A DNA stretch of 55,710 bases from a virus. Lineage: Duplodnaviria > Caudoviricetes. The DNA is taken from positions 1 to 55,710 of IMG/VR virus record IMGVR_UViG_3300036987_000045; one strand, 5' to 3'. The notes beneath the pieces were generated by a model, which worked only from the letters and a program-made list of their open reading frames with translations, searched no databases and was not told the origin of the DNA. A program made the translations under genes and the position numbers. Below are positions 19,546 to 29,165 of the stretch, piece after piece. Position 1 is the first letter of the stretch. Each line of letters starts with the position of its first letter.

Positions 19546-19816
19546 GATAAAAGAGTTCTGGATTGATCCACAGTCTGGGCAGTACTCGGCTTCCAGAGCG
19601 CTGCTTACTGTGCTTATAGCTGATATGCAGGTGCTTATTGTATGTGATCTGTGTGGGCTTAAGTTCAGCGCTTGGGCACAGTTTGCCATCATCGTCAGCG
19701 CGGTAGCGGGTATCTACTGGTTCAACAGCACGGCTAGGGTTTGGAAGGAGACGTACTCGGCTATGGGAACGATTAAGCCCCCGATTAAAGTGCCGAAGAG
19801 AGATGAGGAAGAGTAA
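19532..19816 (+). CDS. Probable holin
   Basis: Two hydrophobic segments, YSASR motif and charged C-terminus; in the lysis cassette. Confidence 0.65.
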   Translation: MSQRKIKEFWIDPQSGQYSASRALLTVLIADMQVLIVCDLCGLKFSAWAQFAIIVSAVAGIYWFNSTARVWKETYSAMGTIKPPIKVPKRDEEE

Positions 19817-20100
19817 TGTTTACTTATATTAAGATTGCTGTTCTTGCTGCCGCGGTCACCCTGGGTGCCTATGGTGCGTGGTACATTCAGGGAATACGTC
19901 TAGACAAGCTCAAGGCTGAGATTACAACCTACAAGGCCGAGATCGTATCTTACAAACGGGCAATGGAGATCTACGAACATGATGCCGAACTGGATCAGGC
20001 GATGGCTAAAGAAAAAGACCGGGTTAGCAAGCTTACTCCTGATGAGCTTGATATGGAGTTCGATAAGCTGCGGACCTACGGTAATAGCCCCAAAGATTAA
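19816..20100 (+). CDS. i-spanin (Rz-like)
   Basis: N-terminal TM plus coiled coil; overlapped by a lipoprotein gene. Confidence 0.75.
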   Translation: MFTYIKIAVLAAAVTLGAYGAWYIQGIRLDKLKAEITTYKAEIVSYKRAMEIYEHDAELDQAMAKEKDRVSKLTPDELDMEFDKLRTYGNSPKD

Positions 20101-20245
20101 GACAATCATCCCAGACCGCCCCCGGATCAGCTCGGACTATGAGGCGGCATTGAAGAAGTGCCCCGTCGATACGCAGAAGGCTGCAATTATGCACGAGTAT
20201 GAATGGCATTACTGGGCTGATAAAATGGTTGAGCGACTGAAATAG
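19979..20245 (+). CDS. o-spanin lipoprotein (Rz1-like)
   Basis: Basic N-terminus, hydrophobic core, lipobox-like SISC, Pro-rich mature part; alternate-frame overlap with the i-spanin. Confidence 0.75.
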   Translation: MMPNWIRRWLKKKTGLASLLLMSLIWSSISCGPTVIAPKIKTIIPDRPRISSDYEAALKKCPVDTQKAAIMHEYEWHYWADKMVERLK

Positions 20246-20253
20246 GATCATAC

Positions 20254-20970
20254 ATGCAACTATCCAATATCATAGCATTAACCAATAACCTACTGGATGA
20301 GGACGGCGTACGTCGGCCCAGCAGCACTGTTATTGATACCATCAATGATGGGTACAGGGTTGTGGCGGTCACGACTCAGGCGTGTGAGCGCAGTGTGTCA
20401 TATCGCTCAATAGCGGAGTCTCTGTTTCATTACTTGCCCATTGACTTCTACTCAGCTGTGAGTGTGTACTATGCAGGAACCAGGTTGTACCCAATACGCT
20501 TTCCGGACCTCTATGACCTCAATTCAGATTGGATGTCTGCCAGCACTGGTACGCCTCTGTACTATACGACCGTTGGGGCACTGACTTCTAATCCTCAACT
20601 TTGGCTCTATCCGGCACCCACGACAGTTGGAACGATTAGACTTACTTATGCCGCTGTGCCGGGTCCATTGCAAAATGATGCGGATGTACCTGAGTTTCCG
20701 CGTGATCATCACTATGTCCTGGTGTGGTGGACCTACGCTTGGGAATTGCTCAAGGAGCGCGGGGCAATCCTGGCCAACAAAGCATACCAAACATTCATTC
20801 GGTTTGTTGAGGAGAATGCCAGCTTGCAACAATATATCTACCGCAGGACCCCAGATCGGGATTGGGTCTCGCCGCCTTTAGATGCTGAAGCGGTACGGAG
20901 AAAGATGTTTAATCTTGAGCAGGCACTGACTAAGGCACCCTCAGTAGAGGAACAGGTACTAGGACAATGA
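20254..20970 (+). CDS. Tail adaptor-like protein
   Basis: INDG, GTPLYY, LWLYPAP and P..HH.LV pattern; resembles 12221-13135. Confidence 0.65.
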   Translation: MQLSNIIALTNNLLDEDGVRRPSSTVIDTINDGYRVVAVTTQACERSVSYRSIAESLFHYLPIDFYSAVSVYYAGTRLYPIRFPDLYDLNSDWMSASTGTPLYYTTVGALTSNPQLWLYPAPTTVGTIRLTYAAVPGPLQNDADVPEFPRDHHYVLVWWTYAWELLKERGAILANKAYQTFIRFVEENASLQQYIYRRTPDRDWVSPPLDAEAVRRKMFNLEQALTKAPSVEEQVLGQ

Positions 20971-21761
20971 CGCTGGATGAAATGCTCGACAGAATGCAAA
21001 CACAATTACGGCTGTCACCTATCATCAGTACTGATCATTTGCTGGACATGCTTCAGCAGTCAGTACAGCATTTCTGCCAGGCATCTCAGGTACTTGAGCG
21101 TTGGATCGTTATTCCGGTCAAGTCAGGGGTGACTCAGTACTGGCTGCCAGCTGATCATCAAGCTACAATTGGGGTGTACTACGACGAGCAGTTGCTGCCC
21201 TGGTGTACTCAGTATGACGCACAGCTTGTGTCGCCAACCAACCCGACTTATTATTATGAGGATGAGTGGAGCGATGACGCGTCTACGTATCTGTCCAGCT
21301 CCTTCCTGACGCAGTATGTGATGATGAGTGAGCTGATCCTACATTGGCTGTGTCGGGAACAGCCGTCCAAGGGACGCAAGGTGCTTACTTTAGTGGGCAC
21401 TCCATCGGCAGACGGGGACTATAACCATGGGGGTGCTCCCCCGTCTGGGATTGTTGATGGCGAGACGTACGATAGCACAGTGGTGTGGGGGTCCAGCCTG
21501 GGTGCTGCTGTAGCAGCATATTCGACCAACGGCAACTTGATGGTGTTCTATAAATACAGAGACGCTATTCCGACTGATGCTACAGATGATATTACGTGGC
21601 ATGACGCCTTGGCTACTGGATATATGGCCGGGGCGCTGTCGCTGGCAATGTCTACTGAAACCGATGAGTACGACCGCTATCGCAGTTGGTTGTACCGTCA
21701 AATTTCTGACATATTGGCGGGGTCTATGCGGGGGCTGGCGATTAATCGGAGGTTGCGGTGA
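20967..21761 (+). CDS. Tail adaptor-like structural protein
   Basis: MTLDEM...QYWLP...PTYYY pattern; coupled to the previous gene. Confidence 0.55.
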   Translation: MTLDEMLDRMQTQLRLSPIISTDHLLDMLQQSVQHFCQASQVLERWIVIPVKSGVTQYWLPADHQATIGVYYDEQLLPWCTQYDAQLVSPTNPTYYYEDEWSDDASTYLSSSFLTQYVMMSELILHWLCREQPSKGRKVLTLVGTPSADGDYNHGGAPPSGIVDGETYDSTVVWGSSLGAAVAAYSTNGNLMVFYKYRDAIPTDATDDITWHDALATGYMAGALSLAMSTETDEYDRYRSWLYRQISDILAGSMRGLAINRRLR

Positions 21762-22576
21762 GCGAGAAGAAGAAAGAGCCTGGCTTACTGTCACAGTTGC
21801 TAGGACTGCTTGGGCCTAAGGAGGCGGAAGCCGCCCCTTGGAAGCTGCCCAAGATGCCTCCATCCACAGAAAAGGCGGTTTGGGACAACGTAGCTAAGTT
21901 TGTTGATCAGCTCTTTGGCTTGGCAGAGGAAAGTGGTAGTTATGCTGGGCGCGTTAATCAAAGAGCTTTACAGCATTTAGGGGGTAAGAATGTTGGCGAT
22001 GGATCGTTTGGTTCGGTCTATGGATTCAAGCCCCAAGATTATGATGCACTAGCCGTTAAGCTTGGGCATTTGGATAGGGATGTCGCTTATGGGAACGATG
22101 TCAAAGGTATACCTCCTATATTGAAGGAGTACTCTAAGGGAGATAAGAACGCGATTGTCATGCCCTTTATCCCTGGCCCTCATTCAATGACGGCTGGGCA
22201 GGCAGCGTTGGCAGACGTACCCATTGATCCTTATTCAGCATTGGATCTGTTTAACATCATATCGGAGGCAAACAAGAAGGGGTTAAGCGTATTCGATGCG
22301 CATAGCAAGAATCTTATTCATGGCGGGGCAAGCTTGCGCAACCCATCTACATGGATGGTGGATCGTGGGGGTGTGGGTAAGTTAGATACGGCGCAGCAAG
22401 TAGGTAGGCGTCGGGCAATTCAGGACGAACTAGCCCAGTTCCTTCCTCAAGGTGGTGGGTTTTCCCGTGGTGGTATGATGCGTCAGCTACTTAAGAGTAA
22501 AGATGCCGAGAAGAGCTGGCCCGATCTTATGGAACTATTATATGAGGCACCAGAGACGCGGAGGTTCTTACCATAG
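21758..22576 (+). CDS. Protein kinase-like fold protein
   Basis: GDGSFGSVY (Gly loop), LAVK (beta3 Lys), IVMPFIPG, FDAHSKN (catalytic loop) and MVDRG (DFG equivalent), in the correct order. Confidence 0.7.
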   Translation: MSEKKKEPGLLSQLLGLLGPKEAEAAPWKLPKMPPSTEKAVWDNVAKFVDQLFGLAEESGSYAGRVNQRALQHLGGKNVGDGSFGSVYGFKPQDYDALAVKLGHLDRDVAYGNDVKGIPPILKEYSKGDKNAIVMPFIPGPHSMTAGQAALADVPIDPYSALDLFNIISEANKKGLSVFDAHSKNLIHGGASLRNPSTWMVDRGGVGKLDTAQQVGRRRAIQDELAQFLPQGGGFSRGGMMRQLLKSKDAEKSWPDLMELLYEAPETRRFLP

Positions 22577-24310
22577 ATGCAAATCCTAGTTGACAACTGG
22601 AGTAAGGGCCTTTGGACCGCGGGACCAGTTGGAAAGAATCCGCCTCAAACGCTCACTCGCCTCACCAACATGCAAGTCATGGATGAGGGCACAGTGGCAA
22701 CGCGGCCGGGGTGCTCCGTGTTTGCCGCGCTAGCCGATACGATTGATGGGGCGTATATATCCAACGATCACTTCTTCAAGACCTCGGATACCGAAGTGTA
22801 CAACTTGGTTGTGGATTTGGGGTTTACTCAAAGCGGACGCAGGCTCCGGGTTGCCGGGTTGGCGGCATACGGAATCGCTTCGGACATCACATTCTTCCCG
22901 ACGGCGATGAAGAAGTTCCACGAGGACGTGGTGTATAACTGGGGTATAAGCGTTGTCCCGAGTACGCCCACAGTTACGCCTCAGGGAGTAGCTGGAAACC
23001 TAAACGGTACGTATACCTACGTCATTTGTTTCTATAACTCGGTCACTGGTACGTTGGGTGCGAGGAGCGCTGTCAGCGCTGAAGGCGTAACGGATGGGGT
23101 TGCAACTGGACAGATCCAACTGACAGCTATCCCTACTACATGTACTGATACGCAGGCTGACGAGGTGTGGATCTTTAGGACTCAGGGCAGCGTAAGCGGT
23201 AGCTACTTTTATGTTGATCAGGTGGCGTTGGGCACAGCTACTTACACAGATAACATAAGTGATCTAGAGTTAGGCGAGGAAGTAAGCTACTACCATATCT
23301 CCCCGATTACCTGCAATGTGGCCGGGCGTTACAAGAGCCGCTTGCTGCTATTCGATACAACAGACAACCCCCGTTATAGCTATCCTTCTATGGGGTCTAA
23401 ACCGGAACAGTATGCTAGTAACTTCTACGAGATGGTTGCGGACTCAGGGGACACGATTGAGGCAGTCATGGCATTGGGTGACTATGCCTTTGTCTTTGGG
23501 CGGAACTCAATTTACCAGATGCAAGTGACCGAGGCGGATTTGATCTACACCGCCAAGCTCCCAACCGGAAGGGGCACGGTCAACGGGCGTACTGTAGCTA
23601 TGGGCACCAACGGGATATACTTTCTTAGCGATGATGGTGTGTACGTCATAAGTGGATTTACACCTACTAAGGTGAGTGGAATAGTTGATTCGATGTTCCG
23701 CGGTGTGGCTCGTGGGGGCTTGAGCACTATTGCCGATACTACCAAGGTTGCTGGCACATTTGTTGGAGGGCGCTACTATCTGACTTATTTTGGCGCTGAT
23801 GCTGTGTGGCACACACTTATTTATAATGAGACAGCTGGGAGATGGAAGCATTTTACTGGGTGGTTGTACACCGCTGAGCCTGTTACTGGGACCATGCCAA
23901 TTGTGGGACTGACCGATACTGTGGGTATTTGGGATTGGGACGCTACGACTGACAGCGCCACAGCGTTTACGTCTCTTTGTGGGTTTAATCTTCCCGGCAT
24001 TCCAACGACAATGCTTACGGACTTTAGGGGCTATCGTATAAGCGTTGAGTGTACAGGCAGCGTGCAGGTAGATCTATATGACAACGGAACGTTGATGTGG
24101 AGCGCCGAGCCACTTGTTGCGCCGACGTTTTACGATGGCTATAAGAAGTACAATGTCGAGCTGGGTGAGTACTTTGTCGAGCCAGAGATTGTAATCAGCA
24201 GCACCACACCCTTTACACTTAAGGCATTCGAGGCATTTGTCGAGCCGGTACGCAAAACCGGATTTGACTATACACGCCCGATGCAGACCGGGCAGACTGA
24301 GGCAGTGTAA
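22577..24310 (+). CDS. Tail nozzle/stabilisation protein (P22 gp10/T7 gp12-like beta-propeller)
   Basis: 577 aa; TRPG near the N-terminus, IYFLSDDGVY; lies before the ejection genes. Confidence 0.75.
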   Translation: MQILVDNWSKGLWTAGPVGKNPPQTLTRLTNMQVMDEGTVATRPGCSVFAALADTIDGAYISNDHFFKTSDTEVYNLVVDLGFTQSGRRLRVAGLAAYGIASDITFFPTAMKKFHEDVVYNWGISVVPSTPTVTPQGVAGNLNGTYTYVICFYNSVTGTLGARSAVSAEGVTDGVATGQIQLTAIPTTCTDTQADEVWIFRTQGSVSGSYFYVDQVALGTATYTDNISDLELGEEVSYYHISPITCNVAGRYKSRLLLFDTTDNPRYSYPSMGSKPEQYASNFYEMVADSGDTIEAVMALGDYAFVFGRNSIYQMQVTEADLIYTAKLPTGRGTVNGRTVAMGTNGIYFLSDDGVYVISGFTPTKVSGIVDSMFRGVARGGLSTIADTTKVAGTFVGGRYYLTYFGADAVWHTLIYNETAGRWKHFTGWLYTAEPVTGTMPIVGLTDTVGIWDWDATTDSATAFTSLCGFNLPGIPTTMLTDFRGYRISVECTGSVQVDLYDNGTLMWSAEPLVAPTFYDGYKKYNVELGEYFVEPEIVISSTTPFTLKAFEAFVEPVRKTGFDYTRPMQTGQTEAV

Positions 24311-24312
24311 CG

Positions 24313-25056
24313 ATGGGACGGATCATCATAACTTCAACCGGGTCAGCGGCAATGCGGGAGACCATCTTTGAGCTGGGTAAGCCTAGTGATATAGGCAACC
24401 GCGTACTGACACAGCGCGCAACGCAGGTTGGTTATGCTGGGTCTAGTACCATGCCGGGGAGGGAGGACCACAGGCATCCGGTGTTTTTGCTCTCTACTGT
24501 AGCGAACGTCAGCTTTCTTACTTCTACAGCTGGTATATCCGAGGGGTTCGCTAGGGGCGACCATGCACACTACGCCACGCCTGCGGGCTTACCCTTTGGC
24601 GGGTATGCTTCCAACGTCTCAGTTCTTACTAGCACGGGTGGCGTTACTAACTTAGCGTCTAGGGCGGATCACGTACATTATCTTAAGCCTGAGGCAACGG
24701 CCTCCAATGTGTCGTGGGGCACTAGTACAGCTGGTGTGTCCAGCAGTGTGTCCCGTGGCGACCACATGCATAGGATACTGCCGGGTGCACGGGTTGATGT
24801 CACCGCTACTAGAGGGACTAGTCAGTTGTATACTAATAATGGTAGTGGACCGATGTGGATAGGCATTTCTGTGGGTATGAGCTCGGTGCCCGCTGATGGT
24901 GTTCATCTAGAGATAGCAGGAGTGGATGTGGCACACGCGGATGCGGCCTTAGGGAACAGCGTCTTTCTCATGGGTATCGCTAATCCCACCGAGGGATATT
25001 TGCTGACCTGTACTGGCGGGGCACATATTGATCACTGGATTGAATATGGAATGTAG
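24313..25056 (+). CDS. Tail fibre/needle-like protein with RxDHxH repeats
   Basis: Four repeats REDHRH, RGDHAH, RADHVH, RGDHMH with Ser/Thr-rich spacers. Confidence 0.7.
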   Translation: MGRIIITSTGSAAMRETIFELGKPSDIGNRVLTQRATQVGYAGSSTMPGREDHRHPVFLLSTVANVSFLTSTAGISEGFARGDHAHYATPAGLPFGGYASNVSVLTSTGGVTNLASRADHVHYLKPEATASNVSWGTSTAGVSSSVSRGDHMHRILPGARVDVTATRGTSQLYTNNGSGPMWIGISVGMSSVPADGVHLEIAGVDVAHADAALGNSVFLMGIANPTEGYLLTCTGGAHIDHWIEYGM

Positions 25057-25071
25057 GAAATAGGAAGCCCT

Positions 25072-25704
25072 ATGAGTCACTTTATTGTTGCTACACCCGA
25101 TACCTTGCGAGAGTTCTGGCGGACACCCCCAGAGGGTAACCGTACCGAGGACTACGCTGGCGTGGGGCCAGAGAGAAGCAGCTTTCTGGTTAACTTGGTG
25201 AATCGCTTGCCGCGTCCTAGTAATATACTAGAGATAGGATGCAATTGCGGACGCAACCTTGAGGCGCTGCGGAAGGCCGGGTACACGGGATTGATGGGCA
25301 TAGACATACAGAACTGCACCAACGCGGTGAAGGAACACTTTCCAGGGCTGGCGTCAGAAGGGAGTTTTTGCTGGGAGCCTGCTGAGGATGTGCTGCCCGA
25401 TATGCCTAGTGACTCGGTAGACTTAATCTACAGCATGGTCGCGTTGACTCACATTCCGCCAACGCAGGCGGAGATAGTAACTAGGGCTATGGCGCGTATC
25501 GCTAGACAGAGCATTATTACGATTGAGGATGAGTACCGTGGATGGCCTTATCACACTGGTGATTGGGCGTTGCGGTTCTTCCCACGTAAGTACAAGGACA
25601 TATTTGAGTCTTTGGGATTTCAGCAAATGATCTATTATGAGGGCTACGAGATTGATCGGGATATTGATCGGTGGTTTACTACTAGAGTATTTACTAGGAG
25701 ATAA
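25072..25704 (+). CDS. Class I SAM-dependent methyltransferase
   Basis: ILEIGCNCGRNL (motif I), GIDI, DLIYSMVALTHI. Confidence 0.88.
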   Translation: MSHFIVATPDTLREFWRTPPEGNRTEDYAGVGPERSSFLVNLVNRLPRPSNILEIGCNCGRNLEALRKAGYTGLMGIDIQNCTNAVKEHFPGLASEGSFCWEPAEDVLPDMPSDSVDLIYSMVALTHIPPTQAEIVTRAMARIARQSIITIEDEYRGWPYHTGDWALRFFPRKYKDIFESLGFQQMIYYEGYEIDRDIDRWFTTRVFTRR

Positions 25705-25706
25705 CT

Positions 25707-26162
25707 ATGGCATACACTATCCGTAAGGCTACTCCTAAGGACGCGGGGATCATTGCCCACATGATGTTGGTGTGGGATGCCGAGTTGCCTAAGCATCTCC
25801 AGATGCTGAACGGAGACGCCCCTCATGCCGAGACCACGGCTAAGGCTATGACGACAAACCCAGAGTTCATCACTGAGGTAGTCGAGGAAGATGGCAAGAT
25901 TGTGGGTATGTATGTGGTGTCTAAGATTGAGGGATTGTTTTGTTCCAAGCCATATGGGATACTTAATGTAATGGTCTATCCCAAGTACCGTGGTGGTAAG
26001 ATGTACGGATTGCGTTTACTGGAGAGAAGTATTAAGGCGGCTAAGGAAGCTGGATTGGCTTGGCTGGAATCGTGTCCATGGGCAGATGCCCACGGGATGC
26101 ACTTTGTGCTTGAGCGACTCGGGTTTAATTTTATGTCCCGAGGCTATGCTCTGAGGTTCTAA
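25707..26162 (+). CDS. GNAT acetyltransferase-like protein
   Basis: IRKATPKD, VYPKYRGG and LERLGF; position before the ejection genes is common in podoviruses. Confidence 0.8.
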   Translation: MAYTIRKATPKDAGIIAHMMLVWDAELPKHLQMLNGDAPHAETTAKAMTTNPEFITEVVEEDGKIVGMYVVSKIEGLFCSKPYGILNVMVYPKYRGGKMYGLRLLERSIKAAKEAGLAWLESCPWADAHGMHFVLERLGFNFMSRGYALRF

Positions 26163-26164
26163 TT

Positions 26165-26947
26165 ATGGGAAGCAAGGGTGGCGGGGCTAAATCGAATGCA
26201 GGCGGTATGCTGAGTATGTCTGGTAGGCAAATTGGGTACAGCCAGCAGTTGGATGAGCTGGCTAATAGGCTGTACAACCAAGCGTTTAATACTCAGCAAG
26301 AATACCAGCGTCCTATATGGGACCAGATCATGGGAGTGTTGGGGTTTGGCACTCAGAATAAGGGAAGCGGGAAGTGGGCTTATCCAGAGGGCGGCGGGCA
26401 AGAGTCATTTGAAAGTAACCTCTTCCAGTTGCCTAAGTTCACTATGCAGAAGCAGGTAGCTGCCGCTAAGAAGAATATCGCCAACACGCCCCTATATGGC
26501 CCTATACAGAAGACTATGCTGAGTGGCGGGGTCGATATTCAAGGTATGCAGGGCTTACAAACCAATGCGCTAAGCACGGTACAGAATCTTATCCAGCAAA
26601 TGATGAGTGCTACCCAGGCCAGCTACAATGCTGATATTGGTGGCGGTCAGGGTCTCAAGGGTCTGTCGCTTAATGCCATGCAAAGTGCTGGACAGATGGA
26701 AGCTGGAGCGGCAGCGGCGCAGCAAAATGCCCAAAGGATAAATATGGAATCGCAAAGCGGAATGTTTAAGGGACTGGGTAGTATTGCTGGGACGCTGTTT
26801 GGGGTTGGTATGGCGGCAATGGGAGGCCCAGCTGGGATGCTTGGTTCGCTTGGTCTTGGTGGAGGAGCCAGCACAATTGGTGCTGCTTCCGCTGCGCCTG
26901 CGGCTGGGGCGGCAATGGACCCCAGTTGGTTCAGTGGCGGATTCTAG
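26165..26947 (+). CDS. Probable ejection/DNA pilot protein
   Basis: MGSKGGG start, Gln/Gly/Ala-rich, hydrophobic Gly-rich C-terminus. Confidence 0.65.
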   Translation: MGSKGGGAKSNAGGMLSMSGRQIGYSQQLDELANRLYNQAFNTQQEYQRPIWDQIMGVLGFGTQNKGSGKWAYPEGGGQESFESNLFQLPKFTMQKQVAAAKKNIANTPLYGPIQKTMLSGGVDIQGMQGLQTNALSTVQNLIQQMMSATQASYNADIGGGQGLKGLSLNAMQSAGQMEAGAAAAQQNAQRINMESQSGMFKGLGSIAGTLFGVGMAAMGGPAGMLGSLGLGGGASTIGAASAAPAAGAAMDPSWFSGGF

Positions 26948-26957
26948 GAGATAGATT

Positions 26958-27947
26958 ATGAGCTGGCTAAATGTAGCTGATTTTGGAACCGGGTTCGCTG
27001 GCGGGACGCTTGCTGGAAGCGAGTTGGTACACAACATAAATAAGGACCGACGGGATCGCCAAAAGCTGGAGCAGGATCAGCTGCTAGGGGCCATTGGTTT
27101 GTTACAGATAATGCCCCAGATTGCTGATCAGAACCCAGACCTGGCTAAACAGCTCTTTGGAGTAGCCCAGCAAATGGGCGGAAAGCCCATGGCTGGAATG
27201 ACACTACCCAGCTTTGACCCTATTGCTGCTGCCGAACGAGGGGCGCTTAAGGAAACCACTGGGCTAAAGGCCAAGATGGACGCGGTTAATAAGATGTTCC
27301 CGCCACAATCCCCGATGTGGTACAACGCTATGGGCTGGCCGGTGCCTAAAGCGGATACGCCAATGGTGAGTACGCCAGTGGGGGATATTCCGGCTAACGT
27401 CGCCTGGCGGTATATGCCCGAGATCATTCAAATGCAGGAGGAAATAAAGGCGTCTGCTAAGGCTAAATATAAGGTTGGAGGGGCTGGTGGAGGGGCTGGT
27501 GGAGGGGCTGGAGGCAAGAACCTGATTCCGTGGATCGTTGACTCCACTAAAGGAATAGCCCCCGGTAATGTGATGTATGCTCCGAAAGATAAGCCCCCCA
27601 CCCCTAACGCATTGCCGATGGTAGGTGCTGTGGGACAGCTTTACGGGCCGCAGATTGAAGAAGAGGTAACGTTATCGCCTATGATTCAAGATAATCTTCG
27701 AGGTATTGCTAAAAAGATTGCTAATGGGAATGCTTCGCCAGTTGACATACAATATTTTGAGCAGCATGGCGGGCAGCTTGGGCCTATGAAGGAAGGCGGA
27801 CTCTTATCCTACAATACTTATCCAGAGGTAAAGTTGCCGCCAATGACGAAGAAGGTCAAGAAGCGTGTCAAGGTTGGCGGTAATGTGCCTTCCCCAAATG
27901 CTGAGGATTATACCGATCCCAATAGGTACATTCAGTCACCATTTTAG
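26958..27947 (+). CDS. Probable internal virion/ejection protein
   Basis: FGTGFAGG N-terminus and position in the ejection module. Confidence 0.6.
   Translation: MSWLNVADFGTGFAGGTLAGSELVHNINKDRRDRQKLEQDQLLGAIGLLQIMPQIADQNPDLAKQLFGVAQQMGGKPMAGMTLPSFDPIAAAERGALKETTGLKAKMDAVNKMFPPQSPMWYNAMGWPVPKADTPMVSTPVGDIPANVAWRYMPEIIQMQEEIKASAKAKYKVGGAGGGAGGGAGGKNLIPWIVDSTKGIAPGNVMYAPKDKPPTPNALPMVGAVGQLYGPQIEEEVTLSPMIQDNLRGIAKKIANGNASPVDIQYFEQHGGQLGPMKEGGLLSYNTYPEVKLPPMTKKVKKRVKVGGNVPSPNAEDYTDPNRYIQSPF
27477..27512 (+). repeat. 12-bp tandem repeat x3 encoding a (GGAG)3 linker
   Basis: GGAGGGGCTGGT x2 followed by GGAGGGGCTGGA. Confidence 0.85.
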
Positions 27948-27956
27948 GAGTATGCT

Positions 27957-29165
27957 ATGGCACCACAAATGCCCCCAGAAGGTACTATTTCGCCTAGTGG
28001 TAAAGGAATCGTTAGAGGCGGTCAGTGGGTACCACTTTCGTCTACTCAAGCACCGGGTCCTGCGGGTAAGGCTGCTGTAGGTGCTGGACCTTTGGTGCCG
28101 CCTCAACTTGGTGGATTCTTGACGCGAAAGGAGACCAATCCTTATACTGGTAAAAGTGCGGTTGAATTAACACCCAGCATAGCTGGTACAGCAGAGCCGC
28201 CTGCAAGTGATCCCATGTTTGCCAATGTTCCTACTATCAGCCCTGGTGCAGCGAAAGCGTTGGGGGGTGGTTTAAGTGCTTTGGGTAAGGGGTTAGAGAT
28301 AGTCGATATACCCTTTAAGCTCTTACATTGGGGTACAGACAAGCTCATACGGCAACCGCTTAGCAAGATCCCGGTTACATCCAAGTCCCCGGTCATGTCC
28401 GAGGGCGTTGGTCAAGCGATGGCAGGAGTGCATACTGGGGACTTCCCAGATAAGTGGTCCAAGAAGGATGTATCTTATCCGCCTATCTCTGAGATTGCTC
28501 CTATAGCTGCTGAGTTTGCTGTGTTCGGCCCTTATACGAAGGCTTTATGGAAGAGCATTAAGGGGTTGGGGCGGATGACTGGTTTGATTAAGACGGCCCC
28601 CGGTATGCCCAAGATTCCTCCTGGGCTAGAGGGTGTTTTGGACAGGCCAGAGATCCTAAGTGAACCGCCTAGCGCTGCGGTTACTAGACGCTTATTAGGT
28701 AAAGCTGCTGCTGAGGAAGGTGTTCCGTTAGCGGCTGATGACATGGGCAAGGTGGCTGGAATTGAGGCCGCAGTCGAGGAGGCGTTGTTTGGGTCTAGGT
28801 CGATACGGCAACATGCGCCAGGCATGGGGAACATAAGCCCTACGCCTCCATCTCCCTTTACTGGGACCAATATACCGCGAGAGAGACTAGGTACGGAGAC
28901 AGCCCAGCTGAAGCGACAAGCAACCGACCCCAACCGGATAAATCGTATGATCAATCCCCCTCCGCCTACACCTACCACGCCTCCATTGGTACCTCCTGCG
29001 GCTAGGGGTATTCGTTATGCGCCAGGGATGGGTAATTTGGACATACCACCAGAGCGCTTTCATGGAGCTGTACCTCAAGAGCGTTGGGGCACCGAGACCG
29101 CTAAGCTGAAGCGTGCTATGCAGAATCTAGAACATATTAATTACTTGATCGGGAACATAAGATAA
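27957..29165 (+). CDS. Probable internal virion/ejection protein with a C-terminal duplication
   Basis: Pro-rich; two APGMGN...ER.GTETA.LKR units. Confidence 0.6.
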   Translation: MAPQMPPEGTISPSGKGIVRGGQWVPLSSTQAPGPAGKAAVGAGPLVPPQLGGFLTRKETNPYTGKSAVELTPSIAGTAEPPASDPMFANVPTISPGAAKALGGGLSALGKGLEIVDIPFKLLHWGTDKLIRQPLSKIPVTSKSPVMSEGVGQAMAGVHTGDFPDKWSKKDVSYPPISEIAPIAAEFAVFGPYTKALWKSIKGLGRMTGLIKTAPGMPKIPPGLEGVLDRPEILSEPPSAAVTRRLLGKAAAEEGVPLAADDMGKVAGIEAAVEEALFGSRSIRQHAPGMGNISPTPPSPFTGTNIPRERLGTETAQLKRQATDPNRINRMINPPPPTPTTPPLVPPAARGIRYAPGMGNLDIPPERFHGAVPQERWGTETAKLKRAMQNLEHINYLIGNIR

